DNA of 64,000 nucleotides from Candidatus Cloacimonadales bacterium (GCA_963667035.1 OY762964.1:546815-610814), one strand, 5' to 3'; shown: positions 1-10,530, numbered from the stretch's first letter. Notes: generated from the sequence alone by a model not told the origin. A program made the numbers and translations.

Positions 1-188
1 CAAAGAAAGATATTAAGCTAAGTTTCAGATCAAAGACAGTGAATGTTGCAAAAATAGCTTCCGATTTTGATGGGGGAGGACACATTCAAGCAGCAGGAGG
101 TGTTATTCATGATACTCTTGAGAATGCTAAAAGACTTGTTATAGAACGCTTAAAGGAATGCGATGAACTTCGGGATTTTATTGATTAA
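1..188 (+). CDS. DHH/DHHA1-family phosphoesterase, C-terminal fragment (NrnA-like); the 5' end lies outside the window
   Basis: Frame 3 is open from the window edge to TAA at 186-188. It reads ...VAKIASDFDGGGHIQAAGGVIHD..., which contains the DHHA1 GGGH motif. It overlaps the truB start by 26 nt. Confidence 0.6.
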   Translation, partial: KKDIKLSFRSKTVNVAKIASDFDGGGHIQAAGGVIHDTLENAKRLVIERLKECDELRDFID

Positions 189-1059
189 TAAACCAAAAGA
201 TAGAACCTCATTTTCTATCGTTGCACAGATCAGAAGAATAACAGGGATAAAAAAAGTGGGTCATACCGGAACACTTGATCCGTTTGCAACAGGGCTTTTA
301 CCTATTTGTATTGGGAAAGCTACTAAACTGGTTGATAAACTGTTATTAGATTATAAGACATATGAAGTGAAAATGAAGTTTGGAGAGCAAACGGATTCCG
401 GAGATGATACAGGGAATGTAACAAGTCGTGGTTATGTACCTAGTAAAATAGATATTAATGAGATAACTAACTATATACTACAGATTGATAAACAGATTCC
501 TCCTAAGTTTTCTGCTTTAAAAGTTAACGGTAGACGTGCTTATAAGCTGGCAAGAGAGCACAAAGAGTTTGAATTGAAAGAGCGTAGCATCAATATTACA
601 AAGTGCAAGATACTAAAGTATGAAGCTCCTTATTTGAGATATGAAGTTACTGTTAGTAAAGGCACTTATATCAGAGTTCTTTCAGAAATGATTGCAAGTA
701 AGTTAAACAGTGTCGCAGTAACAACCGAACTGATAAGGAAATCAATCGGTCCTTTCGAGATTGATACAGCTGTATCTCCCGATACACTAAACAAAGATAA
801 TTGGAAAGAATATCTGTTACCAATTACTACATTGTTCCCTGGTAAGCAATCAATTAAGTTGCGAGATGAAGATGTATTGAATTACGTTAACGGTAGGAGA
901 TTCTCGGTTAATCTTGATGATGGAGAGGAAGAACTTGTTGTAAGTGCCGAGGGAGAGTTTTTGGGATTCTGTAATATTAAAGACGGAATCCTACATCCTA
1001 AAATGGTTTTCGCTGATCAAACTCTGTACACATTTGGAGAAGAGGCGTGCAGTCAATAA
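163..1059 (+). CDS. truB: tRNA pseudouridine(55) synthase TruB
   Basis: 298-aa ORF with the TruB catalytic motif GHTGTLDPFATGLLPICIGKATK and a C-terminal PUA-like region. Confidence 0.95.
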   Translation: MNFGILLINKPKDRTSFSIVAQIRRITGIKKVGHTGTLDPFATGLLPICIGKATKLVDKLLLDYKTYEVKMKFGEQTDSGDDTGNVTSRGYVPSKIDINEITNYILQIDKQIPPKFSALKVNGRRAYKLAREHKEFELKERSINITKCKILKYEAPYLRYEVTVSKGTYIRVLSEMIASKLNSVAVTTELIRKSIGPFEIDTAVSPDTLNKDNWKEYLLPITTLFPGKQSIKLRDEDVLNYVNGRRFSVNLDDGEEELVVSAEGEFLGFCNIKDGILHPKMVFADQTLYTFGEEACSQ

Positions 1060-1994
1060 ACGAAATCAATAAAGATAAAACTGTTGTTACAATTGGCAAC
1101 TTTGATGGAGTTCATTTAGGTCATTTGAAGTTGATTGATAAAGTTGTGGAAAGAGCTATTGCACTTAATGCTGATAGTGTTGTTCTGACGTTTGATATGC
1201 ATCCATACCATTTGCTATATCCTCATATGAAACCATATCTTCTTACTTCCAACGATAAAAGAGAAGAACTGATTAAATCACATGGAGTGCAAAATGTCTG
1301 TGCTTTACAGTTTGATGAAGAGCTAGCTGTAATGTCAGCGGAGAGTTTCTTAAAAACAATTGTTATAGATAAGCTTAAAGCTACTGAGATTGTTATCGGT
1401 TATGATTCCAGATTTGGACATAATAGGGAAGGTGATTATCAGTTCTTGAAAGATAGAGAAGAAAAGTATGGATATAAGGCAATCTATGTTGACTCTCTTA
1501 AACAAGATGGAGTAGTAATAAGTAGTACAATCATAAGAGAATTGCTCATGAACGGAAGAATAGAATTGGCAACAGATTATCTTGGGTATGCATATCACTA
1601 TAAGGGAATTGTTGTTCATGGTAAGAAAATTGGGCATACTATAAATTTCCCTACTTTAAATATAGTCCCTTTGAATTTACATCAGCTTATACCGACTACC
1701 GGAATATATCTGTGTGGCTGTATTATAGAAGATAGACATTATTGGGGAGTTACAAATGTAGGATATAGTCCGACTATAAAGTCCGAGCATAAATTGGAAG
1801 TAGAGATGTTTGTTTTTGATTTTGACAAAAATGTTTATAATAAGACTGTAGAAATAGAGTTCTATTCTCGAATCAGAGAAGAGGAAAAATTTGACACAAT
1901 TGAGCAACTAATCAAACAGATAGAAATTGATGTATGTAGAGCCAGAGAGATGATTCCTCTTTACGTAAGTGTTTTTAATTTTAATAGGAGATGA
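1047..1994 (+). CDS. ribF: Bifunctional riboflavin kinase / FMN adenylyltransferase
   Basis: 315-aa ORF. The N-terminus has the GNFDGVHLGH nucleotidyltransferase motif and the C-terminus has the riboflavin kinase region (PTLN...GIY). truB-ribF synteny is classical. Confidence 0.95.
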   Translation: MQSINEINKDKTVVTIGNFDGVHLGHLKLIDKVVERAIALNADSVVLTFDMHPYHLLYPHMKPYLLTSNDKREELIKSHGVQNVCALQFDEELAVMSAESFLKTIVIDKLKATEIVIGYDSRFGHNREGDYQFLKDREEKYGYKAIYVDSLKQDGVVISSTIIRELLMNGRIELATDYLGYAYHYKGIVVHGKKIGHTINFPTLNIVPLNLHQLIPTTGIYLCGCIIEDRHYWGVTNVGYSPTIKSEHKLEVEMFVFDFDKNVYNKTVEIEFYSRIREEEKFDTIEQLIKQIEIDVCRAREMIPLYVSVFNFNRR

Positions 1995-1995
1995 A

Positions 1996-2937
1996 ATGGA
2001 TAAATTGTTTATTGAAGAATTAAAATATCATGAGAATGAAGAAATTATAAGTTACTTTCTCTGTACAGAGAAGGAGCTTAGAGATGGTCAGGCTAGTCAA
2101 TTTCTTAGGCTATCATTAGCGGACAAAACAGGGAAAATTGTAGGTTATGTATGGGGAAATGCAAAAACTGTTTCACAAGAATTCTCAGAAGGGGATGTAA
2201 TAAAAGTACAAGGGAAAGTGCATAGATATAAAAATCAATTACAAATAAAGATTGAGAAGTTAAGATTAGCAGATGAGACAGAAGTTAATCTTGCGGATAT
2301 GTTACCGACTACGAAAAAAGATTTAAGATTACTTGCAGAGAAATTCTTCCGCTATGTCGATTCAATTGAAAACGAGTACTACTCTCAACTTCTCTCAATC
2401 ATTTTTGATGATAAAGATACTTTTACCAAATTCTCGCGATGCCCTGCAGCGAAAACTTGGCATCACAATTATATAGGTGGACTATTGGAGCATACCGTTT
2501 CTGTTGTAGAATTATGTAGTCATGCATCAGAGATGTATCCTGTTGATAGAGATCTACTGCTTACCGGAGCTATTCTTCATGACTTAGGTAAGATATATGA
2601 GTATGAGCAGTTACCGAAAGTTGAGTTTACCGATATAGGTAGATTGATAGGGCATTTAGCTCTTGGTGATGAGATTGTATATAAGACTGCAGCAAAAATC
2701 AACAACTTTCCCGAGAAACAACTTCTAAAGCTTAGACATCTAATCTTAGCACATCACGGAAGCTATGAGAATGCTTCTGTTAGATTACCTCAAACCTTAG
2801 AAGCTGTTTTGCTACATCAGTGTGATAATTTGGATGCCCAAACAATAGGTGTTAAACAAACAATAGAAGCTTCCGCTGAGGATGCTGATTGGTCTGAATT
2901 TGATAGATTGAATTCGCGTTACTATTATAAAGGGTAA
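1996..2937 (+). CDS. OB-fold + HD-domain 3'-5' exoribonuclease-like protein (YhaM family)
   Basis: N-terminal OB-fold region (KIVGYVWGN...VIKVQGKVHRYKNQLQIKI) followed by an HD domain (HHNYIGGLLEHT...LHDLGK...AHHG). I prefer the ATG at 1996 (AGGAG 5 nt upstream, just after the ribF stop) over the track start at 1969. Confidence 0.7.
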   Translation: MDKLFIEELKYHENEEIISYFLCTEKELRDGQASQFLRLSLADKTGKIVGYVWGNAKTVSQEFSEGDVIKVQGKVHRYKNQLQIKIEKLRLADETEVNLADMLPTTKKDLRLLAEKFFRYVDSIENEYYSQLLSIIFDDKDTFTKFSRCPAAKTWHHNYIGGLLEHTVSVVELCSHASEMYPVDRDLLLTGAILHDLGKIYEYEQLPKVEFTDIGRLIGHLALGDEIVYKTAAKINNFPEKQLLKLRHLILAHHGSYENASVRLPQTLEAVLLHQCDNLDAQTIGVKQTIEASAEDADWSEFDRLNSRYYYKG

Positions 2938-2938
2938 A

Positions 2939-3724
2939 ATGTTTCAGACTTCGGTTTTAGCAAGCGGCTCTAAAGGTAATTGTATACTTGTTCGGAGTGA
3001 TAGTGCAAAAATACTGATAGATGCAGGTCTAAGTGGTATTAAGATATGGAATGCAATGGACTCCTTAGGATTGATTAAGGAAAAAGTAGATTGTTTGTTC
3101 ATTAGCCATGACCATTCTGATCATGTTAAAGGTGCCGGTATTGTAGCAAGAAAACTCATGATTCCTATCTATATTACGGAAGAGACATACTTACGGTCAG
3201 AAAATAAACTTGGTGATGTAGATAAAAATTTAAAGCATTTTGAAGTTGGTGACTCAATCATTATTAATGACTTGGTGGTAGAGACCTTCCCGTCTTCTCA
3301 TGATGCAGTTGATAGCTGTAATTTCATTGTCAGGCAAGTAGATAATGACAAAGCAAAACTAGCAATTTGTACAGATTTAGGATATTCAACAAGAGTAACT
3401 CTAAACAGAATAGCAGGTTGCACAAGTATTATAATTGAATCAAATCATGATGAAATGATGCTACATAACGGACCATATCCATGGGATCTTAAACAAAGGA
3501 TAAGAAGTAATAAAGGCCATCTTTCCAACAAACAAGCCGTTGGAGTAATCAATAGCATCCTTCATGGAGATTTAAGAAATGTAATCTTAGCACATTTATC
3601 GGAAGAGAACAATACTCCAGAGTTAGCAGAAAAGACAACAAGAGATTATCTTGAATCTGTTAGATTCCAAGGGAATCTTTATATCGCTGAGCAGTATAAT
3701 CCTTTACCATTAATAGACATATAG
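2939..3724 (+). CDS. MBL-fold metallo-hydrolase
   Basis: 261 aa with the HxHxDH zinc motif (ISHDHSDHVKG) and downstream SSHD / H residues typical of the beta-lactamase fold. Confidence 0.8.
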   Translation: MFQTSVLASGSKGNCILVRSDSAKILIDAGLSGIKIWNAMDSLGLIKEKVDCLFISHDHSDHVKGAGIVARKLMIPIYITEETYLRSENKLGDVDKNLKHFEVGDSIIINDLVVETFPSSHDAVDSCNFIVRQVDNDKAKLAICTDLGYSTRVTLNRIAGCTSIIIESNHDEMMLHNGPYPWDLKQRIRSNKGHLSNKQAVGVINSILHGDLRNVILAHLSEENNTPELAEKTTRDYLESVRFQGNLYIAEQYNPLPLIDI

Positions 3725-3956
3725 AAGTAGTTTATAGAAAAGGCAACGTTTAAGTAAAATCAATAAATGAATCTTTACAGAGAGTATATGTAATCAACAT
3801 GTTAGAAGATAAATGATGTATGGTTTGAACGTGAAAATAGCCGAGAAATGAATTGACACTATAAACTCGGAAATCTTGTTTAGTAATACATCTCTATATA
3901 TGAGTTTGGAATGTGAATTGCATAAATTTTATAATACATATTAAGTTGGAGGAATA

Positions 3957-5015
3957 ATGCGTAAATTGCTTTATTTGTTAATTGCACCTTTATTGTTAGT
4001 CGCATGTGCTGAGGCTGGAGACCCTTTTAGTGATGGGCACAAGGCTCTTGTCTGGAATCAGAACATTGGAATTAATGGTTATGCTCAAGATTTAAAAACA
4101 AATGACCAGTATCTGTTTGTTGCTGAAGATAGAGCGGGGGTTTCAGTAATTGACAGAAATACACTAGAAAGAACTTGGATAACATCTTTAGCCAATAGTA
4201 CAGGTTCTCAGGAGCTGATAGATAATAACAATATTGCTTATGATGCAGAACATAAGATACTTGCTTTTACCGAGTCAGATGAAGCAGATCAAGTTATTTT
4301 TGCCAGCATTGAAGATATTGAGAATCCTTATTATGTAGGATATACGCTTGGAGGAGTTTCTGCAGTTAGTGAGTTGAGAGTGAAATCTGTTGAGGAAATA
4401 ATTCCGAATCAAGTAGGACAAGCAGTTCCAATATTCGAATACACTTTGGCATCTGGTAGTTACCTTAAAAAAGGATCCTATGGCTATTACTATATACCGG
4501 AAATGGAACCAGATTATCTTAATTTAGGTTTTAGCATGGATATTAATGTAGAAAACAGAGTAAATGGATTTGATGAAGATGATTTGTTCTACTACGTTGC
4601 ATCTGGGCAAAGAGGTTTTAAAATCATCCAAAAAGCCGATACAACAATTGTGGATGTCAATACATTAGGTGATGCTCAAAAACTGAGTGTAGTTGGTGAT
4701 TATCTTTATGTAGCATGTCGTCAAGAAGGGTTGTTTGTTTATGATATTAAAAACCGAATGGCACCGAATACAGAGCCGATTTATCATAAGAGTGTTTCCG
4801 GTATTGCTGTAGACATTGATTATGATGGAGATTACTTAGGTTTAGCTTGTTCTAGTGGTGGTGTGTATTTATTTAATATATCAGATCCAGCAGAACCAGT
4901 CTACCTTGATAAAGATGACTCTCATTACTCACATGCTTATTGTGTGGATGTGAAAGATAATAGAGTCTATGTCGGCGGTAGAGATATGGTTGCAGTATAT
5001 AGTATTGCAAACTAG
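3957..5015 (+). CDS. Lipoprotein with LVIVD-type beta-propeller repeats
   Basis: Signal peptide plus lipobox (LLLVAC). It has repeated Y(L/V)(F/Y)VA..(D/Q)..G(V/L/F).(V/I/L)(I/Y/F)(D/N)I units (YLFVAEDRAGVSVID, YYVASGQRGFKIIQ, YLYVACRQEGLFVYDI, YLGLACSSGGVYLFNI, VYVGGRDMVAVYSI). An AGGAG-type RBS (GGAGGAATAATG) precedes it. Confidence 0.6.
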   Translation: MRKLLYLLIAPLLLVACAEAGDPFSDGHKALVWNQNIGINGYAQDLKTNDQYLFVAEDRAGVSVIDRNTLERTWITSLANSTGSQELIDNNNIAYDAEHKILAFTESDEADQVIFASIEDIENPYYVGYTLGGVSAVSELRVKSVEEIIPNQVGQAVPIFEYTLASGSYLKKGSYGYYYIPEMEPDYLNLGFSMDINVENRVNGFDEDDLFYYVASGQRGFKIIQKADTTIVDVNTLGDAQKLSVVGDYLYVACRQEGLFVYDIKNRMAPNTEPIYHKSVSGIAVDIDYDGDYLGLACSSGGVYLFNISDPAEPVYLDKDDSHYSHAYCVDVKDNRVYVGGRDMVAVYSIAN

Positions 5016-5037
5016 TTGATTAATTTTAATACAGGAT

Positions 5038-5076
5038 GGAGACTACCGCTAAGGTCGGAAGTCTCCTTTCTTTTTC
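5038..5076 (+). terminator. Rho-independent terminator after the LVIVD lipoprotein gene
   Basis: GGAGACT (5038-5044) pairs with AGTCTCC (5060-5066) and is followed by TTTCTTTTTC. Confidence 0.6.
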
Positions 5077-5097
5077 ACTTATTAAAAGGGAGAGTAT

Positions 5098-8000
5098 ATG
5101 ATACGTAGAGGATTTCTGTTATTATTTACGCTTTCAATTATGATGTTATTGGAAGCTAGTGAAATGAAAGAAGGTGCTTTAAGAGCATTTAGAACCGAAG
5201 AAATGGGAAAAGATTATATTGAAATGACCTTTTCCCTTCCTGATTATAGCATTGATACTATCAGCAAAGATGGCAAAGAATTTAAGAAGCTAAACTTCGA
5301 AAATGCTTCTTATTTTTTAGATGAAGGTAAACCGGAGTTACCTTACTTTTCATCATTAATAGCAACTCCACAAGGAAGTTTAATAAAATCAATAGAAGTG
5401 CTATCTTTTGATACCAAAAAGTATGAGGATTTTAGGATTTATCCTGCACAAGATTACTCAAAACCGGACGAACATGTTTTTCATTTTGATTCAGAATACT
5501 ACCAAAGTGATAAGATTTATCCTTACTCTGAAACAAGTATAGGTAATTCAGGAGTACTCAGAGATTTTTATTTGTGTAATTACTCAATTGCACCATGTTT
5601 CTATAATCCATCAGATAACTCTCTGGAAGTCAGGGACAATATTAGAGTCAGGATACATCTTACTAATATTGAAAATTCTTATAATGAATGCAACAAGTAT
5701 TCTATAGCCTTTAAAGATATATATGAGTGCTATATAGATAACTTTGATGCTATTAGAAATAATTTTGAAGAGACTAAGTTTAAACGAATACTTATTATTT
5801 ACAGACAAAATAATGATACCATCTTCCATGCTAAACTAAGTGAGTTCATTAACTGGAAGATACAGCGAGGTTATATTGTTGATACGTTTGATACGAGTGA
5901 AACAGGAACAAGTACTTCCGGTATTAAGAATTTCATCCAATCAAGATATGATGATACAGTTAACAGACCTGATTATCTAATCATAGTTGGAGATGTTAGT
6001 GGAACCTTTGGTATACCGACCTTTATTGAGGACTTATCGAATTATTCAGGTAGTGGGGATCATCCTTATACACATCTTGCAGGAAATGACACTTTAGGTG
6101 ACATGTTTATAGGTAGAATGAGTATAGAAAACACCAACCATTTTTTAACACTTGTTAACAAAGTTTTCTATTATGAAAGAGATATGCCTCTTAATATAAC
6201 AGACTGGTACGATAAAATGTTATTAGTTGGAGATACTGACCCGTCTGGTCAGTCATGTGTCTATGTGAACAAATACATCAAAGCCATTGCTCATCGTATT
6301 AATCCTGATTATAGTTTTACGGAATTATACTCTGACTCACCTTCCATTTCACTAATGAATCAATCTTTATCTCAAGGAGTAGGTATATTTAACTACAGGG
6401 GATTCATTGGAATGAGCAATTGGACTCCTTCTGCCTCAAATCTGAATAATGGTGATAGATTATGTCATAGTACAATACTAACTTGCTCGACAGGAACTTT
6501 TGAATCCAATTCTACAACAGAAGAATTTATCAGATTAGGTTCTCCAACTTTGCCCAAAGGAGCTTTAACAGCGATTGGAATGTCTACTCCGGGTACTCAT
6601 ACTTTGTTTAATAATGCTTTGGCAACAGGAATATGGAATGGAATCTTGAATTATGATATGAGAGATTTGGGACAGGGATTGTTGGCTGGAGAGTTAAACT
6701 TATATAACCAATATAACAGCCGCTATCAAGATGCTGTAGAATATTTTAACCATTGGTGTAATCTAATGGGTGATCCTACTGTAACAATGTATCTTGGAGT
6801 TCCAAAACAGTTTTATGTAGATATCGCTACTACAATTCCTATGGGGACCAGAATTGTTCCCGTTGAAGTACTTGATGAAGACTGGAATCCTTCAATCGGA
6901 GCTATAGTTACAGCTTTCCAACCTCAGGGAATTCATGAGATGGTAAGAACAAATGAATATGGAATGGCGTATATTGAGTTACCTGAAGGTGTTCAAGGGA
7001 ATATTACAGTTACAGTTACAAAAGATGATTATAAATCTAATATCAATACAATTACTGTAGATGGTACCGGAGGAATAGTATATTCGGATTATGTGCTAAT
7101 TGATACGGAAGGAAACAATGACGGAAATGCAAATGCCGGGGAAACAGTTGAACTAAATGTTTCTCTGACAAATAATTCTAATTCTGATATTGATAGCATT
7201 AATGCCACACTTTTGGCATTATCTGATTATGTAACAGTGAATCAGAGCACAGTTTCTTACGGATTGATTTCTCCAAGTAATAATTCAACAGGTAATGGAT
7301 TGTTTAGTGTCTCAATAGCTCCAAATTGCCCTGATACTTTTAAGGCAATAATGAGACTACATATTGAGACTTCTACAGGAAGCAGCTACTCATTTTTTGA
7401 ACTACCGATTCATAATGGTAACTTAGAAATTTCTGACATAGATATTAATGATTATGCCAATGGAATACTTGATCAGGGAGAGACCTCGGAGTTATATATT
7501 AGTTTGATTAACAACGGTACGACAGATTTAACTAACATTAGTTTAGAATTAGTAAGTCTGAATGCATCTGTTGTTGTAGAAGATAGTTTGGTTGAATTAG
7601 GGAATATCAGTGTAAATGATACTGAAGTTAATACCTCCGATCCATTTATAATAAGAACTCGGACTAACGTACTTCCGGGTATGACTATTCCTATGAATAT
7701 CATCTGTTCTAACCAAGATGGATATGAAGAGATGATTAGGTTCAACTTAGAGATTGGGCAGATTAGTGATGAAGACCCCTTTGGACCTGACGATTATGGC
7801 TACTTTATTTATCATAGCTCAGATGATTCATATCACGATTGTCCTGAATACAATTGGATTGAGATTGCACCGGACGAAGGTGGGCAAGGTACGGAATTGA
7901 ATCTATACGACCCGGGTAGTTGGTCAGAGGGAGATGTAGTAGAGGCTAATGCTATTACCCAAACTACACTACCTTTTGAATTTTCATTCTATGGGCAAAC

Positions 8001-10515
8001 TTATGATACAATTTGGATTTGTTCGAATGGATTTGTATCTTTTCTAGAAACTGAATGTGCTGATTGGAGAAACAATGAAATATTTGGAGCGATGACACAG
8101 AATGCTCTTATTGCACCATTCTGGGATGACTTGGATTTAGATTCAAATGCTTCTGTATCGACTTACTATAACAATGAGGAGCAATATTTCGTTATAGAAT
8201 GGAATGAGATGTCTCATGGAGTGACAGGTGCAACAGAGACTTTTGAGATTGTTCTCTACAGTCAGGATTATTATCCTACTTCCATAGGTGATGGGATGAT
8301 TAAGATTCAATATAAAACTTTCAATAATAATGATTATGGATCTGAACATACAGGAGGAAACTTCAGCACAATTGGTATTAGAGATCATACTGGTAAGATG
8401 GGGCTTCAATATAGTTTTAACAATGAATATCTAACAGGGGCGAATGAGATTAATTCTGGTGATGCTTTGTTAGTTACCGGCTCTCCTATATTCTTAGAGG
8501 AGTCATTCCTAGTCTTAGGTTATCCTGTTATTCATGATTCAAATGATAACCATGTAATTGAACCGGGAGAAAGTGTTAATCTTGGAATAAACCTAGTCAA
8601 TATTGGAGCAGGAGTTGCCGAGGGAGTAACTATCAGTGTCTCATCTGAAAGTCCTTATGTCTCAATAAGTAATCATCAGTCAACTTATGACTCCATTCCA
8701 GGTGAAGGTAGTATGTTTGGAAACGAGTTCATTAGTCTGAATATTGCTGATAATACTCCTGACAACCATGAGATTGCTTTAAATGTTGATATCGAGACTC
8801 TCAATAATGGATGGGTAAGAGTTCAAACTCTTAATGTTGTCTCAAATAAGTTAATATATAAAAATGCAAGTATTAATGATCAGGTTAATGGTAATGGTGA
8901 TAAAATAGTACAAGCTGGTGAAGACATTTTTCTCTGTGTAAACCTAGAAAATCCTGAAGTAGTTAAGACAACAGGCATTCAAGTTGGATTAAATTGCTCA
9001 TATCCGGGAGTCGAGATACCAAATAATCTGCAATTAATAGGTGATGCTGATGCTAACAGCACGATACAGACATATTTTGAAATCAGCATTCCTGAAGGAA
9101 TTGCAGATCTGACATATATATCCTTTGAAATAACATATTCTGCAAATGGTGTTAATCAATCCACAGCAAATCTTACTATTGGAATTGGTTTGGCTGATTT
9201 CGATTTTAACTTTGAGAATTCTAATGGTGGTTTGATATCTCAGGGTGGCTGGCAATGGGGTTATGATACTTTAATGGGTTCACATTCAGGGCTTAGAGTC
9301 TGGGGAACTTATTTGAGTGGTAATTATCCTGATAACAATGAGACAACGTTAACAACTCCTGTTATACCGCTAAGTGATAATGCTCAGTTACGTTTCTGGC
9401 ATAAATACCAGTATGATAATCATTATGATGGTGGTAATGTTAAAGTATCCACAGATATGGGTAATAGTTGGGTGTTGATTTATCCTGAGACTGGTTATGA
9501 TGATGCTGTGATTTTCGCTTTAAATGACCAATCAGGTTTTACAGGTAGCAATGGGGTGTGGACTGAAGTTGTCTTTGACCTTTCGAGTTATGCAAATACT
9601 TGTGTTCAGATTAGATGGACTTCAGCTAGTGATTATTATGTTAATGATTATGGTTGGTATATTGATGACTTAGTGATCGAAGGATATACCGGAGGCTCCG
9701 GATATATTACCGGTAATGTAATTTTAGATGGGGAAGAGGATGTAACTAAAGTAAACATCTCAAATGGAGAAGTAGTTACTCATCCCGATAACTCAGGCTC
9801 TTACTATCTTTTCCAAAAAGAAGGAGGTTATAACATTCACGCATTTACTCCACATTATTCAGAAGGGTATGTGAACAGACTTCTTTTAAGTACAGTTAAT
9901 CCGAGTTATTCTGATATTGATTTCTCATTGTTAAGACTAAATGAACCAAACAATTTAAATTGCGTGCAGAACCGTACTGATTTGTTACTTAGTTGGCAAG
10001 CACCCGAATATGAAGGATTAACTCTGAATAGCTATAATATATACAGAAGTATTGATTCCGAACCTTTTGCATTAATTGGTAACACAACAGATACTGCTTA
10101 TACAGATATACTCAGCTATGCTGGTCAGTATAACTATTATGTTGCAGCCTCGTATGAAGAAGGAGAGAGTTTTGATTCTGATTTATTCTCAATAGTCCCG
10201 GATATGACAGATGTAGAGTCTAATACTGTGATAGCAACATGCACTCAGCTTGTGGGTAATTATCCTAATCCATTTAATCCGACTACTTCTTTGATGTTTT
10301 CATTAAAAGAAAATGAAAGAGTCACTATAAAGGTATATAACATTAAAGGACAATTGGTTAATACTATATGCGATGATGTTATGGAAGCCGGAAATCACCG
10401 TATTGTATGGAACGGTAATGATGAACGTGGTAAAATGGTTTCTACTGGTGTGTATCTTTTTAGAATGAAGACAGATAATTATACCGGAACACTTAAATCA
10501 ATTATGATAAAATAG
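5098..10515 (+). CDS. Giant secreted gingipain-like (peptidase C25 family) multidomain protein with a C-terminal sorting domain
   Basis: 1805 aa with a signal peptide. It has a C25 propeptide/catalytic-type region (ILIIYRQ...WKIQRGY..., LIIVGDV, NYRG...W, ILTCSTGTF, GALTAIGMST). There are at least four CARDB-like modules (GETVELNVSLTNN, GETSELYISLINNG, GESVNLGINLVNIG, GEDIFLCVNLEN) and a MAM-like region (GGWQWGYD...). The protein ends in an NYPNPFNPTT... domain. Confidence 0.75.
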   Translation: MIRRGFLLLFTLSIMMLLEASEMKEGALRAFRTEEMGKDYIEMTFSLPDYSIDTISKDGKEFKKLNFENASYFLDEGKPELPYFSSLIATPQGSLIKSIEVLSFDTKKYEDFRIYPAQDYSKPDEHVFHFDSEYYQSDKIYPYSETSIGNSGVLRDFYLCNYSIAPCFYNPSDNSLEVRDNIRVRIHLTNIENSYNECNKYSIAFKDIYECYIDNFDAIRNNFEETKFKRILIIYRQNNDTIFHAKLSEFINWKIQRGYIVDTFDTSETGTSTSGIKNFIQSRYDDTVNRPDYLIIVGDVSGTFGIPTFIEDLSNYSGSGDHPYTHLAGNDTLGDMFIGRMSIENTNHFLTLVNKVFYYERDMPLNITDWYDKMLLVGDTDPSGQSCVYVNKYIKAIAHRINPDYSFTELYSDSPSISLMNQSLSQGVGIFNYRGFIGMSNWTPSASNLNNGDRLCHSTILTCSTGTFESNSTTEEFIRLGSPTLPKGALTAIGMSTPGTHTLFNNALATGIWNGILNYDMRDLGQGLLAGELNLYNQYNSRYQDAVEYFNHWCNLMGDPTVTMYLGVPKQFYVDIATTIPMGTRIVPVEVLDEDWNPSIGAIVTAFQPQGIHEMVRTNEYGMAYIELPEGVQGNITVTVTKDDYKSNINTITVDGTGGIVYSDYVLIDTEGNNDGNANAGETVELNVSLTNNSNSDIDSINATLLALSDYVTVNQSTVSYGLISPSNNSTGNGLFSVSIAPNCPDTFKAIMRLHIETSTGSSYSFFELPIHNGNLEISDIDINDYANGILDQGETSELYISLINNGTTDLTNISLELVSLNASVVVEDSLVELGNISVNDTEVNTSDPFIIRTRTNVLPGMTIPMNIICSNQDGYEEMIRFNLEIGQISDEDPFGPDDYGYFIYHSSDDSYHDCPEYNWIEIAPDEGGQGTELNLYDPGSWSEGDVVEANAITQTTLPFEFSFYGQTYDTIWICSNGFVSFLETECADWRNNEIFGAMTQNALIAPFWDDLDLDSNASVSTYYNNEEQYFVIEWNEMSHGVTGATETFEIVLYSQDYYPTSIGDGMIKIQYKTFNNNDYGSEHTGGNFSTIGIRDHTGKMGLQYSFNNEYLTGANEINSGDALLVTGSPIFLEESFLVLGYPVIHDSNDNHVIEPGESVNLGINLVNIGAGVAEGVTISVSSESPYVSISNHQSTYDSIPGEGSMFGNEFISLNIADNTPDNHEIALNVDIETLNNGWVRVQTLNVVSNKLIYKNASINDQVNGNGDKIVQAGEDIFLCVNLENPEVVKTTGIQVGLNCSYPGVEIPNNLQLIGDADANSTIQTYFEISIPEGIADLTYISFEITYSANGVNQSTANLTIGIGLADFDFNFENSNGGLISQGGWQWGYDTLMGSHSGLRVWGTYLSGNYPDNNETTLTTPVIPLSDNAQLRFWHKYQYDNHYDGGNVKVSTDMGNSWVLIYPETGYDDAVIFALNDQSGFTGSNGVWTEVVFDLSSYANTCVQIRWTSASDYYVNDYGWYIDDLVIEGYTGGSGYITGNVILDGEEDVTKVNISNGEVVTHPDNSGSYYLFQKEGGYNIHAFTPHYSEGYVNRLLLSTVNPSYSDIDFSLLRLNEPNNLNCVQNRTDLLLSWQAPEYEGLTLNSYNIYRSIDSEPFALIGNTTDTAYTDILSYAGQYNYYVAASYEEGESFDSDLFSIVPDMTDVESNTVIATCTQLVGNYPNPFNPTTSLMFSLKENERVTIKVYNIKGQLVNTICDDVMEAGNHRIVWNGNDERGKMVSTGVYLFRMKTDNYTGTLKSIMIK

Positions 10516-10530
10516 GTTTTATGAAACTTA

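Noticed and set aside
1969-1995. Track start of the YhaM-like gene at 1969, overlapping ribF by 26 nt
   Set aside because: The ATG at 1996 is preceded by AGGAG and follows the ribF stop directly. The extra 9 residues (MFLILIGDE) look non-native.
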